Assembly (NCBI RefSeq): GCF_001194135.2 | Contig: NC_068991.1 | Span: forward strand, 47,918,114-47,950,632 | Length of the DNA: 32,519 nucleotides | Origin: Octopus bimaculoides | Lineage: Eukaryota | Reading direction: 5' to 3' | Part shown: positions 1-11,580 of the stretch, one piece after another | Layout: every line of letters begins with the position of its first letter | How positions within the stretch are numbered: position 1 is the stretch's first letter | The notes under the pieces: generated by a model | What the model saw: the letters and a program-made list of their open reading frames with translations, nothing else | What the model was told of the DNA's origin: nothing | Databases searched by the model: none | Made by a program: the position numbers and the translations under genes

Positions 1-400
1 ACAACAGGCTTCTTGCAGTTTCTTATTTCTTTATTGCCCACAAGGGGCTACACACAGAGGGGACAAACAAGGACAGACAAAGGGATTAAGTCGATTACAT
101 CGACCCCAGTACATAACTGGTACTTAATTTATCGACCCCGAAAAGATGAAAGGCAAAGTCGACCATGGCGGAATTTGAACTTATAACGTAACGGCAGACG
201 AAATATCGCTAAGCATTTCATCCGGCGTGCTAACGTTTCTGCCAGCTCGCTGCCCTTTCAGTTTCTGTCTACCAAATCCACTCACAAGGCTTTGGTCAGT
301 CCGAGGCTATAGTAGCACAAGGTGCTGTGCAGTGAAACAAAAAGAACGGAACCATGCCGTTGGGAAGCAAACTTGTTACTACACAGCCATTCCTGTGCCT
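1..400 (-). mobile_element. Family B SINE (tRNA head + CORE-like body), split by a family A insertion (pieces 1-23 and 256-400)
   Basis: 256-400 is the reverse complement of the head/body of the family B copy at 10951-11110 (ctaccaaatccactcacaaggctttggtc, gaggctatagtag). 1-23 continues the same consensus (ggcttct..cagtttc). Confidence 0.8.
24..255 (-). mobile_element. Family A tRNA-derived SINE, near full length
   Basis: Reverse complement matches the copy at 14889-15100 (gcgagctggcagaaacgttagcacgccgg; gttcaaattccgcc B-box; gtcgactttgcctttcatc). Flanked by an 11-bp TSD with one mismatch (13-23 ttgcagtttct; 256-266 tttcagtttct). Confidence 0.9.
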
Positions 401-998
401 TTACAATATATAATAATATATGTTAGTTTGTGACCAAATTTCTGATAAAATATATTTATGGGTATCAATAAACTTTTAAAACAACCTAGAATTTGGAAGG
501 ATTTAGTAAAATAACATTTTCATTAACAAGTTAATATAAAATGTTCAATTGAAAATTAAATTTTAATATCAAACACTTTAAAAATGGTGAACGCTGTACT
601 AGAGAACCTGATGTAGTCTCAGGCAAGTTTGTATCAAAAGTGTTAGATAGTAATGAACCTGAGCTTCAAGTGCTTAATTAATTTTAGATTCATCCGAAAG
701 GTTGTTTAGAGTTTACTTTACATATATAGATATACTTACCTTATAATCATTATATATGTATAAGATTAAGGAATATTAACCATTAAGAATTCTTACAATT
801 TGGTAAAAAGTGATAGCAGAAATTATTTTTGTTATGAAGAAATCTTCAGGATAAAAATATAAGTACCTTATCATCTTTTTTATCTGATCCTTGACCACTA
901 GCTCCAGATGACTGATTCTGACCCTGAAATAGACATTAAACATAAATCTTTACAATTCAGAGAAAACAGTATTTAACGAGAAATCTTAGTTTGTTTGA

Positions 999-1293
999 CA
1001 GTGGTGGTTCTCAACCAGGATCAATATGCCCACCCCCTCGGGAGGAGGGGAACCCTATAAAATTTTGTTAAAATTTATGTGCAATAAATTGCTTAAACTT
1101 CTACAATACAAAACATTTTAACAATTTTTTTTTAATACAATTCCTAATTATATTTAATTACAAAAATACAGTAGGACCTTTTTTTTTATATATGCATTGA
1201 ATGTCTATGGAGGTCCAGTAGAGTAAAATAAGAATCAAGGAGGTTCATAGGCAAAAAAACAAAACAAAAAAAACAAACTATTGAGAACCATTG
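999..1293. mobile_element. Non-autonomous DNA element (MITE), hAT/Charlie-like termini
   Basis: Terminal inverted repeats gtggttctcaa (1004-1014) and ttgagaaccattg (1281-1293); AT-rich non-coding interior; second, inverted partial copy at 14505-14685. No 8-bp TSD found, so the superfamily call rests on TIR resemblance only. Confidence 0.65.
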
Positions 1294-1394
1294 TTCTACA
1301 CTGGTTTCAGAATATATCAAACATAAATCTTTACATTTATTAGAAAACAATCTTTCGACTCAGCTTCAATGTTGGAGAACCATGCAATCAATAG

Positions 1395-1729
1395 GAGACT
1401 GCGCTGGTATGGACATGTGGAGAGAGACGATTGCGCTGGTATGGACATGTGGTGAGAATGGAGGAGGATAGCTGCGTGAAAAAGTGCCACACCCTAACAG
1501 TTGAGGGAACCCGTGGAAGAGGTAGGCCCAGGAAGACCTGGGCTGAGGTGGTGAGGCAAGACCTTCGTACACTGGGCCTCACCGAGGCGATGACTACGGA
1601 CCGAGACCTTTGGAAATGTGCTGTGCGTGAGAAGACCCGGCAAGCCAAGTAAGATCGTTGCCAGTGCCCCTGGACTGGTTCTTGTGTGGGTGGCACATGA
1701 GATGCACCATTTTGAGCGTGGCCGTTGCC
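1395..1729 (+). mobile_element. RTE-clade LINE, 5'-truncated: ORF C-terminus and start of 3' UTR, running into a gap
   Basis: ORF 1431-1652 reads LRWYGHVVRM...VEGTRGRGRPRKTW...DRDLWK, the typical RTE C-terminal signature (RWxGHVxR, GxRxRGRPxxxW). Confidence 0.85.
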
Positions 1730-2109
1730 NNNNNNNNNNNNNNNNNNNNNNNNNNNNNNNNNNNNNNNNNNNNNNNNNNNNNNNNNNNNNNNNNNNNNNN
1801 NNNNNNNNNNNNNNNNNNNNNNNNNNNNNNNNNNNNNNNNNNNNNNNNNNNNNNNNNNNNNNNNNNNNNNNNNNNNNNNNNNNNNNNNNNNNNNNNNNNN
1901 NNNNNNNNNNNNNNNNNNNNNNNNNNNNNNNNNNNNNNNNNNNNNNNNNNNNNNNNNNNNNNNNNNNNNNNNNNNNNNNNNNNNNNNNNNNNNNNNNNNN
2001 NNNNNNNNNNNNNNNNNNNNNNNNNNNNNNNNNNNNNNNNNNNNNNNNNNNNNNNNNNNNNNNNNNNNNNNNNNNNNNNNNNNNNNNNNNNNNNNNNNNN
2101 NNNNNNNNN
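1730..2109. other. Assembly gap (N run)
   Basis: N run in sequence. Confidence 1.
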
Positions 2110-2334
2110 ATTGAATATAGCAAATAATTCTTTAGGGTGTACATATTTTTGTATCGTTTGAAAATTAATATTTCGTTCATATCTTTGAAAATGTTTATTG
2201 TTCCAAGTTTGTATAATGTTTGCATGTATAATATATTTTATTCAGTATAAGTTTCATTTGATTTCCTTTGATATTATCAGAGTAATGGCAATTTTACTGA
2301 AATTTTTTAGGGGTGTGCATACTTCTGTGAGATA

Positions 2335-2343
2335 TTGTATGTA

Positions 2344-2397
<54 letters not shown>

Positions 2398-2430
2398 CAC
2401 ATATGCATGTATACACATATGTGAGTGTGT
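2335..2430. repeat. (GT)n/(AT)n compound microsatellite
   Basis: Visible dinucleotide runs. Confidence 0.95.
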
Positions 2431-2690
2431 GTATGTTTGTGCTTCTTTGTCTTAACACTGAGTGATAGTTGTAAATGAGTATCACTGTCAAATAAATAGT
2501 GTCATTCATTTCCAATACTCTGCAAAAGAAAACACAAAAAAAAAAGCTCTGGCCATGGGGAAATATTATCTTGCTTGGAAATAGGTGAGGGTTGGTGGCA
2601 GGAAAGGTACTGACTATAGAAAATCTGCCTCAATAAAATTCCATCTGATCCACACAAACAGAAAAGTGGACTTTAAAATGAAGGTAAGGA
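2430..2690 (+). mobile_element. Probable SINE 3' body/tail following a GT/AT microsatellite
   Basis: Follows a microsatellite as family B bodies do. Motifs ctggccatggggaaatatt, ggtgagggttggtggcaggaa and gaaaagtggactttaaaatga resemble a common octopus repeat from memory; no second copy in the window. Confidence 0.45.
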
Positions 2691-3954
2691 AAATGTACAT
2701 TTATCGAGGATATTCATTGATAAGTTGTCAGGATATGTTGTGCATAGTGAAACAGTAGTGTACAAAGAAGCTAGTGATAGTTTATGTTGGCACAGTACAA
2801 AATGTTGACAAAAATGGAATAAATTATTTTGCTATAAGGAAGAGAAGTCTAAAATTTTGGTAAAACCATTAATGAGGTGAAATGTTTACTAATAGTGATG
2901 AATCAACAAATGTCATATATTAGTTACTTCAATTTAGAAAAAGTGGTTATATTATTACAAGGTCCTATGTTCAGTCTAAGTGCATGATACTTAAGCTCAA
3001 TTGAAGTCTTGTGGATGAATTCGTGGAGTAGCCCATTAGATGGACCTATTGCATGAAATCTGAAGATCTAATTTGGTGATGCTGTGTCAGTGAGAAGAAT
3101 ATGTTTAATAGTATATGTGTCTGTGGAACAACTAGCTACAGTATAATTCAATGAGCAGGTTGATCAAACATTGGATTGTTTGTAAAAACTGATGGGAGTT
3201 CATCAGCATGATTAAGTAACATAGGAAATTAATGTTATCTATTACAGTTTTAACAGTTTCAGAAGAGCAATTACAGAATGGATGTACCATGTCTTAAAAG
3301 TAGCTAGCAAATTATTATAAACTAGAGTTAGTTTGGATAAAATGTAGATAGAGTTTATGCCAGGATACTGAGTGATTACCATACTGAAATAATTACAAGA
3401 GATGTTTTTGGTTAGGAAAAAGCTACAAGCTAGTTTGCATTTGTCTAACAGGAAAAGAAATTTAGCAAAGTGGAATACACTGAGTGCATTGAGGCATTTA
3501 GTGTGCAGGTCTTTAGCCCAGTCCTGTCTTAAGGTATGAGCACAGAAGACACTTACCCAGGGGTTCCACAGATCTAGGGATCCAATGTAAATCTATGTAT
3601 GCCCTTGCTGTGTTTATAGGGGCCTATAGTGCTGTTGAGGTGATACAGTCTCAGCCCATTTTAATCATAATTCTTGAGGCTAGAATATAAGATTTCAGGA
3701 CTCAGTACTATTGGGAACTTTTATATGCTGTATTTCTTTTTTATTAGAGCAGAAAAGTTGCAGAGAAGTTCCAAACCTGGAAGTATGTTCTACAATTTGC
3801 ATATGATCATGCATATCTGTAATATCAGTCTGTAAGACAGCCAAAGCATAGAGTTTAGAAAATGAAGGTTGTTTTGAAAGTAATGCAAAAGTGGGATTAG
3901 TTTTTTTATTAACTGACAAAGGTCATTCAAAGTGTACATGTTGGTAGATGAACA

Positions 3955-4590
3955 CCACTTCTTCAAGCAGAAGCAATGTACCATCATCATGTTTTTGTCA
4001 AAGGTAGAGTCCAATATCTACAGAGAGCTACAAGTTATTTATGGAGATGACACAATGAACAATGGCAATATATACAGAGGGATGGAAAGGTTTAAAACTG
4101 AGAAACCAGCATTAAAGACAAACCATTGCATCAAAGGCCAATATGAGAGTTCCTCTCATGGCAGCTATTGCAGTATAGTTTGTTCCAACAGAACAACCAT
4201 GTTTAAGTGGGGATAAATGTTACCTCTTGTTAATAAATATCTTTTAACAAACCATCAACTGCAATTGTTGACTCAAATTGCCAGTGAGTAGAACAAGTGG
4301 GCACCTTAGCAGATGACATTTGATTTGAAAGTGAAAACAGTGAAGTCATCACTGATCTGATGCAAATGTTTGAAATGAATGAAAATGTGTTTTTTTTTTT
4401 TCCAAATAGGTGATGGAATGAAACATGGGTGTGTCTGAGCTGGAAACAAAAGCTTAGTTCATAAGAAGTTCAAAAGCCAGCAACTTGTCCTTGGTTTTCT
4501 AGAATGTGGCTGTACTGTGAACAGAGTGGCACTTTGAGACACACCAAAGCCTTAAAGAAGCCATTAGGAGAAAGAGACAAATCAAGACTT
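3955..4590 (+). pseudogene. Mariner-type transposase remnant, heavily decayed
   Basis: ORF 3932-4216 contains an HTH-like stretch (NIYRELQVIYGDDTMNNGNIYRGMERFK). Downstream in shifting frames: KWAP at 4295-4306 (WVP motif), ETWV at 4420-4431 (GDETW first catalytic motif), VF*N (VFWD) near 4494-4505, LKEAIRRKR near 4551-4577. Confidence 0.75.
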
Positions 4591-5409
4591 CGAAAACAAT
4601 TCATATAACAATGTGTGGGCACACATATATTAGGTAACAAATCAGGTAATCGTAAGATTATGTGTGTATATGAGTCTGAGAGAGTGTACATGTTTATACT
4701 GGTGTGTGTATGTAGGGACGAGAATCTGTACATTCTTATAAAAACGCCTTATAATGCAGTATCAAAGTATGAGTGAAATGAGATAAAGTGTTCCACTGTA
4801 TAATGAATGACGAACCAGATAAAGCACTTGGGGTAGAATAAACGACTTAAACCCCAAAGATGATACAATAGAAACAAATAGAGATGAAAGGAAAAAAAAA
4901 GTTGCGAGACATTTCGATGCTTAAGCAAATCTATCACTGCATCTCTTAATGTTTAAAGAATACTTCACTACCTGGGGTAGCAAGTTTTACTTACAATAAC
5001 ACCCTTACTCATTCCATTAGGTAATAGCAACGCGAATTATCACAAGCGGTAATGTACTAGGGTAGAAACGGTTAAAGTACAAGGCAAACTGCAGTATTGG
5101 TCCCATCCCTCTGTAATCTCAGTTGAAACCCCGTCGACGTCAATTATAAGCATCCATCTCAATGAATTAAAAAAAAATGTATTTTTCAAGGAGAGGTAAG
5201 AAACTGCATTAGCCCTATACCATTAATGTAATTAGTTTCGATTCCATCTCCTCCCACATGATTGTGGCTTCAAGATCATATAATATGTAAAACACGTTAA
5301 TTATTATTAAAAATAACCACATCTCAGTCCTCTGCCCAATTGAACAGAATTAACAGTAATACGTCTTTTCAAAAGGACATTAACAATGATAATAAAGGTT
5401 TCTATCATA

Positions 5410-5560
5410 GAGCGAAGGCCTGAAGTCTAATGGGACGGAGTTAGTCGAGGAACTTGACTGGAGGCACTTTACATTATTGAACCCCGAAGGATGAAAGCTA
5501 AAGTTGGTCACGGCAGGATTCGGACTCGGAACATAAAGGGAGCCAGAACAAATACTCTAA
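5410..5560 (-). mobile_element. Family A SINE, degraded
   Basis: ccccgaaggatgaaagctaaagttggtc and ttcggactcggaac match the reverse complement of the family A core. Confidence 0.7.
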
Positions 5561-6353
5561 CGATTTAAAGAAAGAAGAAAAGGTAAAGGTCCACTGAATC
5601 GAAACCGAATATATTACCGGTATTTTTATTAGACCTCTGTTGCATGAACATTTGAATAGGCTGATGGGATTACATAAATCAAGAATATCAAAAATGCAGG
5701 GCCTTTTATGATAGCAAAGGAACACCAAGACTAGAAATTGCAAACCATAAACGATTAAAACAAACTATTATCCATAAATTTGTAATCAGCATGATCGGTG
5801 GAAAAGAAGTCTTCTTTATTTTAAAGCTTCATTAGTTTCTGAAAGCCCGTTTTGTTGATGATATATATATATATATATAAATCAGCGTGCTGTAAAGGAA
5901 TACGAAATTATGGAGTATTTGTATAGAATAGTTGAGAAAGAGCAGAAATAATTGGCAGAGATGTCCAAATAAACTCACCATTGTATATTTAATACGACAG
6001 AGACGGGTTGGAAACACTGACTTCTTAATTGATGTGCTTTGTCATCTTCCGGTAAGACAGTGCTGCCATCTACAACGGACCAGCACAACAGAGTTATCTA
6101 ACTTGGAATTTCTGATTGTTGTATTTTCTTCTTCTTTTTCATTAAGTAATCAAATTTCAGAGATATCTGAAGATGAGTTCAGGGTTTCTATTACCAGTCG
6201 CAGCTGTTTCACTTCATTTACACCTTTTATACGGCTTAATGGTGACCTTAAGTATGAAACGACAAAACTTGGTCATTCCCAACCGCTGTTACTTTTGTGA
6301 AATTCTAATTTAAGATAAAAATGTATAACTTTATTATCAATTATCAATTATAT

Positions 6354-6354
<1 letters not shown>

Positions 6355-6405
<51 letters not shown>

Positions 6406-6515
6406 ATGTATTGTGTGTGTGTGTGTGTGTGTATTTATGTATGTATGTATCTGTGTGTGTGTGTGTGTGTGTATTTATACATGCACAGATACATACATAT
6501 ACGCGCACGCACATA
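6355..6515. repeat. (GT)n/(GTAT)n microsatellite
   Basis: Visible tandem units. Confidence 0.95.
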
Positions 6516-6979
6516 TATCAATTTCTTCCTTGGTAATTGCAAAACAATGAATTTTAAGGAAAAGATTAGGGGATGTTCATGCCGTTCCAAATCCAGTAGT
6601 AATATTAGTAAAAGTTCGGTCAGGAATCACAACACAATTGAAAATCTATTTAATTCGCCTCCATGTTTTTTTTTGGCGTTTATAATTGTTTACTGCACTG
6701 GTGTAAGACTAGAGAGGTATGTTTCTCCGATAAAAAAGAGCGCGTCGTTATGTTCATGCTTCTTTTTCAAAGGCAAAAAATTTCGATTATTTGGTTTGCA
6801 GGTAAATACAAAAACAAACACAAGTTCTCCAAGGGAGATAAATATAACTCTTTGAAAGAGTTACTTACCTTTACCCATGAGATTGGCCTTTCTTCCTAAT
6901 TTTTTTTTCTTTTTCACCTTTTCATTTTGTCTCTTTCTCTCCAATGATGACAATAATCCTTTCTACTATACACCAAGAC

Positions 6980-7165
6980 TGAGATTTTGCGGGCTGGAGT
7001 AAGCCGGTTACATTAATCCCAGTGCTCGACTGGTTCTTATTTATCCCAAGAGGATGAAAGGAGAAGTCGACCTTGGTGGCATTTGAACTCACAAAGTAAA
7101 GATGTACGAAATGCCGGTAAGCATTTTGTCCGGCATACTAACGATTCTCCCAGCTCATCGTTTTA
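6980..7165 (-). mobile_element. Family A SINE
   Basis: ggatgaaaggagaagtcgaccttggtggcatttgaactc and ctaacgattctcccagctc match the family A reverse complement. Confidence 0.85.
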
Positions 7166-7201
7166 ATAATGATGATGACGGTAATAATAATGATGATGAT
7201 G

Positions 7202-7263
<62 letters not shown>
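7165..7263. repeat. (AAT)n/(GAT)n trinucleotide array
   Basis: Visible tandem units. Confidence 0.97.
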
Positions 7264-7509
7264 TTTTGCTCCTTTGAAATTATTCTTTTTTTTTTTAATG
7301 AATTTTGCTGTGGTTTACAGTTTTTGTGTTTGTGCAGTTTGTATATATTGGCAGGTGCTTACCTCCTTAATTTTTTAAATTGTAAATTTAATTGTGTTGT
7401 TGCAATAAAAAGCATCTTTATATATTCGGGAGTCAGGGAGAAAAGAAAGATAAAATTTTCACACAAAATTGTAGATATTAAAGTTTTAAAGTTTTCTAGA
7501 GTTGTTTGC

Positions 7510-9280
7510 TTGCATGTCTGATCAGAAATCCTGCCACATGAGCAAAAGGGTTGCAAGTGTAAGTGCAGAGGTACCAAGGATAAACTCCTGGTAGACAAAT
7601 CTGTACTTAGAGACTGCAAGAGGAGGAAAACTAACTTAGCCATATCATGGATCGACTATCGTAAGGCGTACGATATGATCCCACATTTTTGGATTATGGA
7701 ATGCATGAACCTATTTGGTATTGCATCGAATGTTGGGCGATTGCTTGGTAAAAGTATGGCGAAGTTGAGGACGGAACTGGCAGCATAAGGAAGAAGTTTA
7801 GGGACAATAGAAATCAGGAGAGTCATCTCCCAAGAGGACTGCCTGTCTCCATTGAACTTTCTACTGTGCATAATACCACTGACACTGATTCTGAGGAAAG
7901 TAAAGGCTGGGTATGTATTCAAAAGCCGCCATCAAAAAGTCAACCACATGTTATTGATGGATGATCTCAAACTTTATGGTAAAGACGAATCCCAAGTCAG
8001 TTCCCTCGTTGATACGGTGTATACTTTCAGTGCTGATGTCAGAATGGAGTGTGGTGTGTTAGTGTTGAAGAGAGGCAAAATCAAATGTATGGACGGGCGA
8101 GCGATACCATCGGGGGAAGTTATGAAGCAGATAGAAGAGACGGGCTATAAGTACTTGCGGATTTTGGAAATGGATAAATTCATGGAGAAAGAAATGATAG
8201 AAAAATTTAAGGTAGAGTACTTGCGCAGACTGAAACTGATCCTTAAGTCGAAATTAAACGAACGGAATAAGATTGAAGCTATCAACACCTGGGCGGTTTC
8301 ACGACTTACATATGGAGCAGGGGTAATCGCATGGACAGTAGACGAACTACACAGCTTTGACAGAAAGACAAGGAAGTTGCTGATTAAATATGGGATACTC
8401 CACCCAAAAAGAGACACAGACAGACTGTATGTACCAAGAAAAAGAGGGGGAAGAGGACTGGTTGGATGTATTAGAGCAGAAGAAAACAACATAGCATGGT
8501 ATGTAAAAAATGCCACAGAACCACGGTTATTGGAAGTAAGAAGGTCGTGTAGGATGGAAGATTGTAAAAATAAAGCACTGTGTAAGCACTTGCGAGTGAA
8601 TGAAACTGAAAATAGGTGGATAGAGAAAAGACTGCATGGACGATTTCATAGGGATGTTGAAGATAAGACAGACAGAGCAAAAAGATGGCTATGGATGACT
8701 AAAAGTGATTTAAAACCGGAAACGGAGACTCTAATCTGTGCTGCTCAAAAGCAAGCGTTAAGAACCAATTACATCAAATACAGAATAGGCAACAAATCAG
8801 AAAGTGATAAGTGCAGAATTTGTGGACAAAATGGTGAAACCGTATGGCGTATTAGCCCCGAAAGAATATAAGAGACGGTATGACAATATTGCAAGGATTG
8901 TCCATTGGACACTTTTCAATAAGTATGGACTTGACAGAGCAAAAAAGTGGTACGAACATAAACCCGAAGGCATAATTGAAAACGATAATGCAAAGATCCT
9001 ATGGGATTTTATGATTCAGTGCGACCATGCGATAGAGAATAGGAAACCAGACATAGTGTTAATTGAGAAAGAAAGCAAACTATGCTGGATCATAGATATA
9101 GCATGTCCAGCTGACAATAAGGTATGCGATAAGGAAGAAAGAAAAGTCGATAGATATGACAGGTTAGCTTGGGAGGTTAAGTAGTTGTGGTCGATGAAAA
9201 AGGTGGTAGTAGTACCAATAATTGTCGGAGTCATGGGAACAGTGAGTAAAGATCTTGAGAAGATATAGTTGTCAAAGATC
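7510..9280 (+). pseudogene. R4/Dong-clade (R2-group) non-LTR retrotransposon: RT, damaged zinc knuckle and restriction-like endonuclease; 5'- and 3'-truncated
   Basis: One frame from 7531: [21 protein letters not shown], one in-frame stop near 7784, QEDCLSPL, HMLLMDDLKLY (RT motif), YKYLRI, CRICG..ETVWRI. A frameshift/deletion near 8855 removes the last Cys of the CCHC knuckle. Then EYKRRYD, ILWDF, RKPD..IDIACP..KEERK (PD-D endonuclease), a stop at 9182-9184, and VVPIIVGVMG. Confidence 0.92.
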
Positions 9281-9300
9281 ATGAAGGAAAAAAATGCTTT

Positions 9301-9434
9301 CTAATTAATGTATCAATACCAGCAGATGACAACGTTTCCCTAAAAGAAATGGAGAAACTATCAAAATACAAAGACCTGGAAATAGAGGTAACTCTAATGT
9401 GGAATCTAAAAACAGAAACAATTCCTATCATAGT
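9301..9434 (+). mobile_element. Second, divergent R4/Dong endonuclease fragment
   Basis: Reads LINVSIPADDNVSLKEMEKLSKYKDLEIEVTLMWNLKTETIPIIV, homologous to the region already present at about 9090-9230 but with a different sequence. Confidence 0.8.
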
Positions 9435-9435
9435 A

Positions 9436-9540
9436 CATCCGCACGCGCGCACACATGCACGCGCACTCCCCGCACGCGCATACCTCCGCACGCGCGCACA
9501 CATGCACGCGTGCAGACGCACGCGCGTACATTCGTACGTA
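9436..9540. repeat. CA/CG-rich degenerate repeat (gcacgcgc units)
   Basis: Repeated gcacgcgcgcacacatgcacgcg blocks. Confidence 0.8.
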
Positions 9541-10314
9541 ACTGATGATTTACTTTCTCGCCATACCTATTCTGTCAGGCAAAGTATGACAAAATATTAG
9601 TAAAACATATCATCATTAGAGATTTGATTGGTTGTCATCATTAGGGACAAACAAAACAACAACATCTTCAGTATCATATGTATAAATCACATGTCAGCAT
9701 AAAGGAGGTTGCCGATGTTTTAATGTTAATGAACAAATGACTTTATTTATGTTTATACAACCATCTTTCCGGGTATGGGAAATTCAGGTAAGTAACTACA
9801 TAATAGGCTTACCATACCAACTATCAACAAGATATTTGAGGCAGCTGGGAGTCGGAAAATTCTCAATATATAGCAATGCAAATGTCTGCAACAATTCCCT
9901 AATTCTTATCTTTTGTTCAAAATTGCGAAAAAACTATAGTTGAATGCTATAAAACTTTGAGAAACATAGATAACTCCTTCTGGAATCACTGTCGTGAGGC
10001 GATACGTGTTTTGTAATAGATCAATAGATTTAATAATTGTTTGTATTATCACCTATTAAGATGTGGGAATATATTTTTTATCTTTTGGTCGAGAGAGAAG
10101 GCAAGGCGCATAAATCTTTTGCAGGGCATCCGAGATACGTGGAAGGGAGGGAGAGGGGAAGGTATCCTTAAACCAGTAACCTGGTCAAAATGCTTGTAAC
10201 AGAGTTAAGGGCACCTAAACCACTAGGTGTGGCGCTAAATGGATTAAGTTACTATCGAAGTAGACCATAACGAGGTTTGAACTTAGAACGCAGAGCACCG
10301 GAAAAAACCGCGAG

Positions 10315-10575
10315 GCGTGTGTGTGGGTGTGCGCGTGTGTGAGTGTGCGTGTGTGTGTGCGTGCGTGTGTGTGGGTGTGCGTGTGTGTTCAAACCGTGTG
10401 ACAATTGGAGTTGACTTGTTTACATTTCCGTAACTTAGCGGTTCGGTAGAAGAGGTGATAGAATAAGTACTAGACTTAACAAAAAGTAGTTTTAGCTTCG
10501 TTTTGTTTGACTAAAAGCTTTCTAGACGGTGTTCCAGAATGGCCACAGTCCAATGACAGAAACAAGTAAAAGATA
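10315..10575 (+). mobile_element. (GT)n tract plus diverged family B SINE 3' tail
   Basis: ccgtaacttagcggttcgg, gatagaataagtactag and atggccacagtc..atgacagaaacaag match the tail at 11405-11580. Confidence 0.8.
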
Positions 10576-10950
10576 AATGGGAATTCAAAAATTCGTTTGA
10601 TGATTTAAAATGTGCAGCCGAGAAAATAGAATAACTATACTTAAAGAAAAACTTTTGAACCTAAAGCATAAAACAAGGAGAAATAGCTAACAATTTTCTG
10701 CTTATGCTCAACGCTTATCCTAGTTTGGTCCTTTGATCGCCGAATTAAGTTTCATAGTCATTTCTGTAATGATGTTCATTACACAGTAAAAAGAAAAAAG
10801 AATTGATATTTTTTGCTTTACCATACTTTTTCAGGATCTCTTGATCTCTTGTTAGAACAGCTTTCATATCCATCACTAAAAGTATTTGATTCTCGCTCTT
10901 AAGAGATATTTAATGAAAGATGTAAAAAAAAAAAAAGAAAAGAAATTGTC

Positions 10951-11580
10951 TGGAGTGGCTGTGTGGTAAGTAGCTTGCTTACAAACCACATGGTTCCGGG
11001 TTCAATCCCACTGCGTGGCACCTTGGGCAAGTGTCTTCTACTATAGCCTCGGGCCGACCAAAGCCTTGTGAGTGGATTTGGTAGACGGAAACTGAAAGAA
11101 GCCCGTCGTATATATATATGTATATATATATATATATATGTATGTATGTGTCTGTGTATATGTTTGTGTGTTTGCCCCCCCCCCCCNNNNNNNNNNNNNN
11201 NNNNNNNNNNNNNNNNNNNNNNNNNNNNNNNNNNNNNNNNNNNNNNNNNNNNNNNNNNNNNNNNNNNNNNNNNNNNNNNNNNNNNNNNNNNNNNNNNNNN
11301 NNNNNNNNNNNNNNNNNNNNNNNNNNNNNNNNNNNNNNNNNNNNNNNNNNNNNNNNNNNNNNNNNNNNNNNNNNNNNNNNNNNNNNNNNNNNNNNNNNNN
11401 AACATCGCTTGACAACCGATGCTGGTGTGCTTACGTCTCCGTAACTTAGCGGTTCGGCTAAAGAGGCCGATAGAATAAGTACTAGGCTTACAAAGAATAA
11501 GTCCTGGGGTCGATTAGCTCGACTAAAAGGTGGTGCTCCAGCATGGCCACAGTCAAATGACTGAAACAAGTAGAAGAGTA
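10951..11580 (+). mobile_element. Family B SINE (tRNA head, CORE-like ccttgggcaag body, internal microsatellite, tail), spanning a gap
   Basis: A-box-like tggctgtgtgg; B-box-like ggttcaatccc; ccttgggcaagtgtctt resembles the CORE domain; tail ends gactgaaacaagtagaagag. Confidence 0.88.
11187..11400. other. Assembly gap (N run)
   Basis: N run in sequence. Confidence 1.

Noticed and set aside
5932-6300. 122-aa plus-strand ORF
   Set aside because: TTG start, no recognisable motif; the antisense frame is interrupted by stops. Only a possible 51-nt exon inside it is noted as a weak candidate.
6845-6863. Perfect 9-bp palindrome taactcttt-g-aaagagtta next to a minus-strand AAG|gtaagt
   Set aside because: About one such palindrome is expected by chance in 30 kb of AT-rich DNA; no exon support.
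7165-7510. (AAT)n array as the target site of the long R4/Dong element
   Set aside because: About 250 bp of unrelated sequence separates the array from the element's 5' break, and the array abuts a SINE instead.
9542-9560. CTGATGA motif
   Set aside because: No stem II or GAAA follows; not a hammerhead.
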